Shown: piece after piece, positions 18,005 through 25,079 of the stretch
Layout of the letters: each line of letters begins with the position of its first letter
Numbering within the stretch: position 1 is the first letter of the stretch
From: a virus
Lineage: Duplodnaviria; Caudoviricetes
IMG/VR virus record: IMGVR_UViG_3300037790_000063
Location: 1-38,059 of that record
Direction: 5' to 3' (one strand)
DNA: 38,059 nucleotides
The notes under the pieces: generated by a model
Databases searched by the model: none
The model's input: the letters and a program-made list of their open reading frames with translations, nothing else
What the model was told of the DNA's origin: nothing
Made by a program: the position numbers and the translations under genes

Positions 18005-18334
18005 ATGCCCCGCAATCTGTTTTTAGATGAGAACCTTATCGCTGCCAGGACATGGTTCATTGATGCGTGTTTTGCGTCACAAGCCTATGACGCCGCGTTA
18101 CGCGACGCGTTGGACACATACGGTGACCACGGCGCTGACATATCCGGTGCAGGCCGCGATCACTTTCCCGCACACGTCAAGGAAAGCCTGCGTATGCGCG
18201 CGGCGCGCGTAGTCGAATATTCGCGCCTCGCGTGGGACCGCAAACCCCCGCGTTACCGTGACAGCACAATGCGGGAACTGGCGCGCCAATGCGCGCGGCG
18301 CCACGGCAGCGGGTTTTATGGGCCCCAGCCGTGA
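18005..18334 (+). CDS. Hypothetical early protein
   Basis: AAGGAGGT RBS. Confidence 0.7.
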   Translation: MPRNLFLDENLIAARTWFIDACFASQAYDAALRDALDTYGDHGADISGAGRDHFPAHVKESLRMRAARVVEYSRLAWDRKPPRYRDSTMRELARQCARRHGSGFYGPQP

Positions 18335-18420
18335 ATCGCCCCGGAACAATCCGCGCGGCGCTATGCGTGCCGCTCCTGCTAATTGCCACACTGTGGCCCT
18401 TGTTTCTGTGAGGTGACGAA

Positions 18421-18675
18421 ATGAAACTCCCCGACAAACGATATTCAGCGGACCCCGAATTCTGCGGATACGAAACACCGCGCTATGTCGCACGGTTCTG
18501 TGGTGAATGGTTGCGTGACTCCGAGCTATGGTCGGACCGTGCCGGGAATCAGGCACCGGCTTTCAAGACGCGCGCTGAAGCTGTTACCGCCTGCCGTGAG
18601 TATGAAAGAATGCGTCAAAACCTTATCGAACAGGGTGCGAAACAGCAGGCACGCGCCACATTCTACCAAGACTGA
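18421..18675 (+). CDS. Hypothetical early protein
   Basis: GAGGTG RBS; EFCGY..PRYVARFCGEW motif. Confidence 0.7.
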   Translation: MKLPDKRYSADPEFCGYETPRYVARFCGEWLRDSELWSDRAGNQAPAFKTRAEAVTACREYERMRQNLIEQGAKQQARATFYQD

Positions 18676-18771
18676 CCACCAAACGCGCCGCGCAGCAATG
18701 TGCGGCGCTTTTCTATGCCTTGCCGTGCGCGCCGTTGTGGCGCGTATCGTTTAGCATAGGAGTCTATCACA

Positions 18772-19170
18772 ATGAGCCTTGAACGATTCACACAATCCTG
18801 CATCACGGCGGCGCTAGGGTCGTCGTTGGATGACGACGGCAACCCGCTCTACTCGAACTATGACGAGTCGGACATTACACCCGAAACGCTGGCACAAATG
18901 AAGGCCGATTGCCGCACGTTCTATGACGCGAACAAAGCGCACATTCACTGTGACGGCGCGCCGATGGCTGAATTTTGGGACGGATCGTCCGAGTCAGAAC
19001 GTCAAGCGGCAATGGCTGGCCATGATTTTTGGCTCACACGTTGCGGCCACGGTGCGGGGTTTTGGGATGGTGACTGGCCAGAACCGGCGGCAAGTGCGCT
19101 GGACGCAGCAAGCGAGAAAGCCGGAAACATCGACCTATACATCGGCGATGACGGATTGATTTACGCGTGA
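18772..19170 (+). CDS. Acidic conserved phage protein
   Basis: AGGAG RBS; AGHDFWLTRCGHGAGFWD motif. Confidence 0.75.
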   Translation: MSLERFTQSCITAALGSSLDDDGNPLYSNYDESDITPETLAQMKADCRTFYDANKAHIHCDGAPMAEFWDGSSESERQAAMAGHDFWLTRCGHGAGFWDGDWPEPAASALDAASEKAGNIDLYIGDDGLIYA

Positions 19171-19188
19171 CACGCAGGCGCGGGCGGC

Positions 19189-19364
19189 TGACGTGCGCCT
19201 GCCTGGACGTGCGGCCGGTCGCTGGCCGGTGACGTGCGCCTGCCTGGACGTGCGGCCGGTCGCTGGCCGGTGACGTGCGCCTGCCTGGACGTGCGGCCGG
19301 TCGCTGGCCGGTGACGTGCGCCTGCCTGGACGTGCGGCCGGTCGCTGGCCGGTGACGTGCGCCT
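19189..19364. repeat. 41-bp perfect tandem repeat, 4 copies plus 12 bp
   Basis: Unit TGACGTGCGCCTGCCTGGACGTGCGGCCGGTCGCTGGCCGG at 19189, 19230, 19271, 19312; partial copy at 19353. Confidence 0.97.
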
Positions 19365-19371
19365 AACACCG

Positions 19372-19432
19372 CCGAGGGAATTGTTCACCCCACCGAGGGA
19401 ATTGTTCACCCCACCGAGGGAATTGTTCACCC
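19372..19432. repeat. 21-bp tandem repeat, about 3 copies
   Basis: CCGAGGGAATTGTTCACCC(CA) at 19372, 19393, 19414. Confidence 0.97.
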
Positions 19433-19852
19433 GTCCCCCGCCGGGGGAATGGGCAGCAGCTGGACGGCGTCCTCGATCGACTCGTCCTCGTCCGGCGTGA
19501 CGTCCAGCGTCAGCGCCTCCTGACTGACGAATCGACCCAACGCATCAGCGAGCGCCATGAGCTCCGAGGTACCTGCAGCGGAAATAGCCGCAGGGGAAAT
19601 CGGGGATTGCCGCTCGTCGGTGATGATCTTCTCCACAATCTGAGTGCTGACTGGGGTGCCGAAGCCCCGGTTCAGGATGTCGTTTGCCGCCTTCAGGCGA
19701 ACGGCCTTGTCTGCCGATTCGTCGCGCATGATCACCAACATTGTGTCCAGTGCCTCCTGCCCGTGCTCCTGAAACATCTCCTGGACTTTACGAATGTTGC
19801 GCCGCGTCGGGCCCTGTTGGCCTAGTGGGCGTCCTACTTTCTTTCCTGACAT
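19427..19852 (-). CDS. Putative terminase small subunit-like protein
   Basis: GRP N-terminal motif and ALDT..IMRD.....VRLKAANDILNRGFGTP helix pattern seen in TerS-like proteins; function inferred. Confidence 0.55.
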   Translation of the reverse strand: MSGKKVGRPLGQQGPTRRNIRKVQEMFQEHGQEALDTMLVIMRDESADKAVRLKAANDILNRGFGTPVSTQIVEKIITDERQSPISPAAISAAGTSELMALADALGRFVSQEALTLDVTPDEDESIEDAVQLLPIPPAGDG

Positions 19853-19988
19853 TTTTACTTGACTTTCTGATTTCTACTGGAATTTCCACAGGTTACGGGT
19901 GATTCGAAAAAAGCTGCACCATACGCACCCCGAGAACCTTCAAATTCCCTTTGATAATCACGGTACATCTTATCGTTTTCATTGACAA

Positions 19989-20309
19989 TTAACGCCCATA
20001 CTTTCTTTTTAGTTCTTTCACGTAAGCGTCAAGTTCACCTTCCGCCTCCACCGGTATCCTATAGTTCTTCTGGATCGTGTTATCCTCCTCCTTCATTCTC
20101 TCAACGCCGCTCATTGTGACCCAAACGTCACGCATCGGGCCAATAGCCACATACCCGTTCTCGACAAGCTCTCTTACGGTTGCACGCCTGCATTTTATCA
20201 GAGACGAACCGCCAGGGAATTCCACGATACGATCATCGATCAGCAACGTTTGCTCACCAGCAATCTGACGCCCCTGAATATACCGTAACAATTTCTGATC
20301 AGCGTACAT
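19989..20309 (-). CDS. Hypothetical protein (winged-helix-like)
   Basis: GAGGTG RBS; RATVRELVENGYV...VTMSG pattern. Confidence 0.6.
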   Translation of the reverse strand: MYADQKLLRYIQGRQIAGEQTLLIDDRIVEFPGGSSLIKCRRATVRELVENGYVAIGPMRDVWVTMSGVERMKEEDNTIQKNYRIPVEAEGELDAYVKELKRKYGR

Positions 20310-20350
20310 ATTCACCTCTCGTCGTTCTGTCGCCACTTTTGGCACCTCAT

Positions 20351-20470
20351 TTCATTTGAAGCCGTTAAACGTGATTATTGTCAACTATAGAATACACTAT
20401 AGATTATATACCCCCTCTTCTATCTTTTAATAGAAGAAAGTATAATAGAGTAAAGACAAACAACCGCATC
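20351..20470. other. AT-rich non-coding segment, candidate replication origin
   Basis: TATAGAATACACTATAGATTATATA...TTCTATCTTTTAATAGAA...TATAATAG, far more AT-rich than the flanks. Confidence 0.4.
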
Positions 20471-20609
20471 CCATCGAAACCAAACGATTTTTTCAGTCCG
20501 TCGTTGACACATTGTGTGACGGCAAAATGCGAAAGTGCCTGACAGACCTGACTCTTTTACTCAACTTTGTCGCCACTTCGTCGTCACACATTGTGAGTCC
20601 CGACAAGAG

Positions 20610-20933
20610 TCACGACAAGCCTGCAGCATACTTTTTCAACTCCTCCACGCGCCCCGCAGGAACCCAAAGTGTCACCTGAATATCCCCCGCAGCTTTACGT
20701 GCCTGATAGTACGAGCGGTTGGATCTGCGTGCCCGGAGAACCGCGCGCCCTGCATCTGTCAGAGAAACGCGCCTGTCGGCATCCACCGCAATCTTGCAGC
20801 CCATGATAAGTCCTGCGAGAGTTTTTCGGTGCATTTTCACCTGAGTGTGGTCAACGCTGGCGCGAATCGCTCCATCCGCGTCCAGGTAGCATGGCAGGTT
20901 GTCAGCAATGCGTTGCAAAGCAGCTTTAGACAT
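20610..20933 (-). CDS. Small putative DNA-binding protein (C-terminal ribbon-helix-helix-like)
   Basis: GGAGG RBS; YQARKAAGDIQVTLWVP...EELKKYA pattern. Confidence 0.55.
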   Translation of the reverse strand: MSKAALQRIADNLPCYLDADGAIRASVDHTQVKMHRKTLAGLIMGCKIAVDADRRVSLTDAGRAVLRARRSNRSYYQARKAAGDIQVTLWVPAGRVEELKKYAAGLS

Positions 20934-21004
20934 GTCGGGTACCTCCATAGAGTATGTTACGCAAACTTTCTTACACAATGTGATAGAAAAATGCAAGCAC
21001 CCCA

Positions 21005-21043
21005 TTGACCCGACTCACCCACAATGTTAGAAAACATCTAACA
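21005..21043 (+). promoter_or_regulatory. Promoter with CGACTCA and a perfect TGTTAG-N7-CTAACA palindrome
   Basis: TTGACC-17-TAGAAA; CGACTCA 21011-21017; TGTTAGA-aaaca-TCTAACA 21025-21043. Confidence 0.7.
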
Positions 21044-21064
21044 ACAACGGAAGGACAACGTCAC

Positions 21065-21712
21065 ATGCCTGTCGAAATCAAAAACCGCTTCACCGGACAA
21101 ATCATCAAAATTGTCGACGCGTCGAACCTGTCCGGCGCCTACCTGTCCGACGCTGACCTGTCCGGCGCCTACCTGTCCAACGCCAATCTGTCCGGCGCCT
21201 ACCTGTCCGACGCTGACCTGTCCGACGCTGACCTGTCCGACGCTGACCTGTCCGGCGCTGACCTGTCCGACGCCAACCTGTCCGGCACCAACCTGTCCGA
21301 CGCTGACCTGTCCGACGCCAACCTGTTCGGCGCCAACCTGTCCGGCGCCAATCTGTCCGACGCTGACCTGTCCGACGCTGACCTGTCCGGCGCTGATCTG
21401 TCTGACGCTGACCTGTCCGGCGCTGACCTGTCCGACGCTGACCTGTCCGACGCTGACCTGTCCGACGCTGACCTGCTCTGCACCGGTGACATGACGTACA
21501 TCAAGACGCTTCAGGTTGAGAAATGGAGGATCGGGTACACAGTCGACACGCTCCAAATCGGATGCCAGTGCCACGCCATCGAAAAGTGGCGCAAGTGGAA
21601 CACGCCCGCCGGGAGGAAATGGATCGCCAGTATGGATTCAGATGCGACGGAATGGGCCGAAAAATACCTCGACCTCATCTTGCAACTTATCGACGCGGGG
21701 AGGACAGAGTGA
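21065..21712 (+). CDS. Pentapeptide repeat protein
   Basis: About 23 A(D/N/Y)LS(D/G) repeats encoded by 15-bp DNA repeats; C-term [11 protein letters not shown] domain. Confidence 0.92.
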   Translation: MPVEIKNRFTGQIIKIVDASNLSGAYLSDADLSGAYLSNANLSGAYLSDADLSDADLSDADLSGADLSDANLSGTNLSDADLSDANLFGANLSGANLSDADLSDADLSGADLSDADLSGADLSDADLSDADLSDADLLCTGDMTYIKTLQVEKWRIGYTVDTLQIGCQCHAIEKWRKWNTPAGRKWIASMDSDATEWAEKYLDLILQLIDAGRTE

Positions 21713-21819
21713 TGAAAGAGTTCGCACCACTTATCGCATTTCTCGCGATCATGGCGATGCTGCTTGTAACGGCCGTTGTCATAAGATGGATCGAAGTCAC
21801 ACAAGGGGTGTGTATGTAA
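21712..21819 (+). CDS. Small membrane peptide
   Basis: TGATG coupling; [26 protein letters not shown]. Confidence 0.5.
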   Translation: MKEFAPLIAFLAIMAMLLVTAVVIRWIEVTQGVCM

Positions 21820-21862
21820 CACTCGCAATGTGAATTCGACTGAAAAAAAAAGGACAAACAGA

Positions 21863-22261
21863 ATGACCACTTGGATCACCGACGAAAACGGAAACCGCGC
21901 CAGTATCGAATATTGGGGCAGCAAAGAAAAAGCGCGTGAAGCGCTCGCAACTCTCGACTCTCTGGAAGCTTTGGCCGCTGTGAAAGCAGGGGAACACGAT
22001 GTCAAAATCGACCCCACCGACAATTCCACTCGCGCCGAACGTGCCTTCCGCGCCATCTGGCCAGCATACGACGACGCTGACCCAAAAACCGCCGTACGCG
22101 ACGTTCTGGCCGACCTCCGCCACCTATGCGACCTCATGGGCTGGGACATGGCCACAATTGATCGCGAGGCGCATGACGCATACCAATACGATCTGTTGGA
22201 CGCCGACGGTACCGCCAGGAACGAAACGCTGCAGGGTCGTATCAGTGCGTTGGGTGGCTGA
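21863..22261 (+). CDS. Hypothetical protein
   Basis: AAGGA RBS; DVLADLRHLCD motif. Confidence 0.7.
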   Translation: MTTWITDENGNRASIEYWGSKEKAREALATLDSLEALAAVKAGEHDVKIDPTDNSTRAERAFRAIWPAYDDADPKTAVRDVLADLRHLCDLMGWDMATIDREAHDAYQYDLLDADGTARNETLQGRISALGG

Positions 22262-22395
22262 CGATGGCCGCACATGGTCGGACCCGGGCGACGGAAACAT
22301 ACCGAGGGTCAGCGACACTCCGCTGCCTGTAATGGCGGCCATTCGGAATGGCGCAACGGTCACAGATACCTGCACCGACATGGAGATCACCCACG

Positions 22396-22929
22396 ATGGG
22401 ACAAAATACGTTGTACAAAGGGCACGATTTGAAGACTCTGGTCGATGCCGGGAAAACTACACGAGAGATCGCTGAGATAATCGGCGGCTCCGTAACCCAA
22501 TCTGGGGTTAGAACTGCGCTCAACAGACGCGGCTTGACGTCGGTCAGAAAACCGCCTGAAACCATCCGAAAGATTGCGGAAGAAATGCGACCATCGGATG
22601 CGGTACAATATCTTCTCGGAATCATCGACGAGATTGTACCCGGCCTATCAGGTGATGATCACGAGATTGACGATCTTGATGTCAATTTCACACCCCAGCA
22701 GCGCAGAATCCTGATCTACCTGGTTGAAGCTGAAGGCCGAACGGTAACGAGACGGGCAATCGCTGAAACTCTCTACTCGACGCGAAGCGATGACGATTAC
22801 CCAGACGAGAAAATAATCGACGTCCACATATCCCATATCAGGAAGAAACTCCCGGAAACATTCGGAGTAATTGAGACCGCCTGGGGCCGTGGGTATCGGT
22901 TCGTACTTGCCGAATCACTAGGCGAATGA
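22396..22929 (+). CDS. Transcription regulator: N-terminal HTH plus OmpR/CtrA-type winged helix, no receiver domain
   Basis: GGAG RBS; G.T..EIA..IGGSVTQSGV....NRRGL; LY.....PDEKIIDVHISHIRKKL....IETAWGRGY; start may be 22348. Confidence 0.8.
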   Translation: MGQNTLYKGHDLKTLVDAGKTTREIAEIIGGSVTQSGVRTALNRRGLTSVRKPPETIRKIAEEMRPSDAVQYLLGIIDEIVPGLSGDDHEIDDLDVNFTPQQRRILIYLVEAEGRTVTRRAIAETLYSTRSDDDYPDEKIIDVHISHIRKKLPETFGVIETAWGRGYRFVLAESLGE

Positions 22930-22945
22930 TAGAAAATATCTAACA
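22907..22945 (+). promoter_or_regulatory. Promoter with CGAATCA and TGATAG-N7-CTAACA box
   Basis: TTGCCG-17-TAGAAA; CGAATCA 22911-22917; followed by AAGGAG RBS. Confidence 0.65.
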
Positions 22946-22963
22946 GCTAAAGGAGCACCCGAC

Positions 22964-23203
22964 ATGCTTACAGCCGAGCAAGTGAAAACCGAAGTTGCCG
23001 AACGTGGCAGCAAGATTGCAACCGTTGTCTTTATCAAGGCGAATGGCGACGAGCGCACCGTCAACGGTTTGTTCAAACCGACGTCACACATGGAATGCGG
23101 CGACGCGCCGCGCAAGCTGGCACCTGGTCAGATCCCGATCTGGTCCATCGCCGAACGGAAATGGAAGTCCTTCAAGGCCGACCGCGTCGTGGAGATTCGG
23201 TGA
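22964..23203 (+). CDS. SH3/Sm-like beta-barrel protein (WYL_2/DUF2693-like)
   Basis: VVFIKANGDERT....IWSI...KWKSF motif. Confidence 0.65.
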   Translation: MLTAEQVKTEVAERGSKIATVVFIKANGDERTVNGLFKPTSHMECGDAPRKLAPGQIPIWSIAERKWKSFKADRVVEIR

Positions 23204-23460
23204 TGCGACGCCTGCTGTTGATCGCGCTTTTTACTGTCGCCGGTTGCGCTACCCCGCCGGGGAAAATTGAACCGTTTGGTGAGCGAACCGGAACCTGTGA
23301 TCGTGACGCTTTGGAACAAGCGACCAAACAGCAGAAGCGCGCCGTCGAAACGGACATACTCTCCGTTGCCCTGATCGGCGTGCCTGTTTCACGAATCGCC
23401 GGGACCGACCGCGCCGGAGAAATCGCCCAGATGAAAAGGAACTGCCAAGATGAAAACTAA
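23203..23460 (+). CDS. Putative lipoprotein
   Basis: MRRLLLIALFTVAG-C lipobox. Confidence 0.7.
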   Translation: MRRLLLIALFTVAGCATPPGKIEPFGERTGTCDRDALEQATKQQKRAVETDILSVALIGVPVSRIAGTDRAGEIAQMKRNCQDEN

Positions 23461-23890
23461 GCTTGCAATCCTGTTGTCCGTCATGCTGTCAACCTCATCG
23501 GTTGCTGCTGAAACCTTGGTTATCGGACCCGGAAGTGGTTGGTCAGAAGGTGGTTCACCGCGACGCTACATGCGTGAACGTGATGCCGTTGACCGCGTGG
23601 AGGTACGAACCAGATGCGTATCGTCGTGTGTCCTGCTTTTGGGCGCCGAGAGTGCATGTGTTGAACCTGAAGAGAGGATCGGCTTTCATCCCGTAAGGTG
23701 GTTTCACGTAAAGGTCGCCGACCGGCATATCCAGCGACTTTTCGCAGACGAACTGAACCGTGTCGGTAACGGCACTTTGGGCGAATGGTACTTCAACAGC
23801 AAGGAAGTTCACAGCCTCCCCGCCAGCGGAAAATACAAGTACCTTTCCGGCCAGACCCTCATCGAAACCTTTGGAGTGGAAGAATGCTGA
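23450..23890 (+). CDS. Exported protein with signal peptide
   Basis: MKTKLAILLSVMLSTSSVAA signal; GG...C.SSC...IGFH pattern. Confidence 0.7.
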   Translation: MKTKLAILLSVMLSTSSVAAETLVIGPGSGWSEGGSPRRYMRERDAVDRVEVRTRCVSSCVLLLGAESACVEPEERIGFHPVRWFHVKVADRHIQRLFADELNRVGNGTLGEWYFNSKEVHSLPASGKYKYLSGQTLIETFGVEEC

Positions 23891-24270
23891 AGAAATGGTT
23901 CAACCAGATCACCGGAAAGTCGATGCTCAACGACGCACTTGACGAAGTGGAGCGTCAAGCTGAAGAAATCGCGCGTCTCCGCAAGCAACTTGATGTCATG
24001 CCGCGTTTCGAACAGGTTGCGACGTCACACATGTCACCGGGACTTGTGAAAGACATCCACGAGGCGGTCATTACCGATCTCAAACCAATTCTGCGCCGCG
24101 AGGTGATGCAGTTCGTCTATCAAGTGTTCGGTTCCCTCGGACGGAATGGGCCTGAACAGACCGCTCGCGTGAGGATGGCCGGCATAGCAGGCTGTGCGGC
24201 AATAGAGGTACGTGTCGAACTGTCCGGTGCCGGGACAATCGTTCAGGTTTACGACAATGCCCGTCTGTAA
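23884..24270 (+). CDS. Hypothetical protein
   Basis: Overlapping operon packing; coiled-coil N-terminus. Confidence 0.6.
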   Translation: MLKKWFNQITGKSMLNDALDEVERQAEEIARLRKQLDVMPRFEQVATSHMSPGLVKDIHEAVITDLKPILRREVMQFVYQVFGSLGRNGPEQTARVRMAGIAGCAAIEVRVELSGAGTIVQVYDNARL

Positions 24271-24589
24271 AATGAACGGTTGCCGCGAACAGGCCGTTTA
24301 TGGTGGCTCCGATTGGGGCCACAAACGGTACTGTCAGTTCCACGGGTCAGAATACGCTCGAAAGAAACGGGAGTTCAATGAGCGTCAAAAGCTCCTACCG
24401 GAATGTGAGAACTTCAGCACGTGCCGAAACAAGGTTCCGCCTGGACGCGAAAGGTTCTGTACCGAGTGCCAGAAGCAATACGACGCACGCGTCGCGGCGC
24501 AACAGATCGAGGATGAACGCATCGGTGATCTTCACCGCTGTCAGACCGTCGATCATCTGAAATGGTGGATCGAAAAATGGGTATTGTGA
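24257..24589 (+). CDS. Cys-rich zinc-binding hypothetical protein
   Basis: CxxxGC...YCxxH...C....C...FCxxC. Confidence 0.6.
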   Translation: MPVCKMNGCREQAVYGGSDWGHKRYCQFHGSEYARKKREFNERQKLLPECENFSTCRNKVPPGRERFCTECQKQYDARVAAQQIEDERIGDLHRCQTVDHLKWWIEKWVL

Positions 24590-24783
24590 TGGACAAAGAT
24601 TGGCGTTGGCTCGGACCGGAGAGAAAGAACCGTTCAGATGCCGAAAAAGACAAGATGTCCGTCGACAACCTGAAATTTCGCCCTGAAGTGGTGACAATCA
24701 GACGTATATTTCGCGAGTCCGTGTACCGCGCGCGAGCACGCAAGGTGTGCGTTACGTGCAAAGGGGACTGCGGACAATGTTGA
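24589..24783 (+). CDS. Small hypothetical protein
   Basis: TGATG coupling; C-terminal CVTCKGDCGQC. Confidence 0.55.
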   Translation: MDKDWRWLGPERKNRSDAEKDKMSVDNLKFRPEVVTIRRIFRESVYRARARKVCVTCKGDCGQC

Positions 24784-25079
24784 CCGAATGGAAAGACGCA
24801 ACGAGCTATCGGCAAGGCGAACGCGGAAAGAAGAAACCGACAGCATGGGAGACAACCATCGCCGGTTACCGCGTATGGGTGTCGTGCCAGCACCTGCACT
24901 ATCCTGACCGCTGGGTGTGGACGTGCCGCGATCTTGGGGTAACGGAACCGAAAGTCATCGGCAGTTTGATCGACTTCCCGACAGAGACAGCGCAATCCCG
25001 CGCACTCATGGCGGCACGTGAAGTCGCCGCCAGCAAAATCAGCAAACTGAAGGAATTTATTGATGGAAGATCATGTTAG
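24777..25079 (+). CDS. Hypothetical protein
   Basis: WKDATSYRQGER...H.HYPD.W...C motif. Confidence 0.65.
   Translation: MLTEWKDATSYRQGERGKKKPTAWETTIAGYRVWVSCQHLHYPDRWVWTCRDLGVTEPKVIGSLIDFPTETAQSRALMAAREVAASKISKLKEFIDGRSC

Noticed and set aside
19034-19430. Repetitive ORFs across the tandem arrays (e.g. MNNSLGGVNNSLGG...)
   Set aside because: By-products of the DNA repeats; the 41-bp period is not a multiple of 3 and there is no RBS
19189-19432. Possible CRISPR array
   Set aside because: Repeats are head-to-tail with no unique spacers; no cas operon
21038-21574. Alternative-frame repeat ORFs (CPTLT, SASDR, GQVSV)
   Set aside because: Other frames of the pentapeptide gene's 15-bp repeats
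22254-22475. Possible extra gene (GTG start) in front of the hybrid regulator
   Set aside because: Weak RBS and an 80-bp overlap with the better-supported regulator; cannot be supported without homology data
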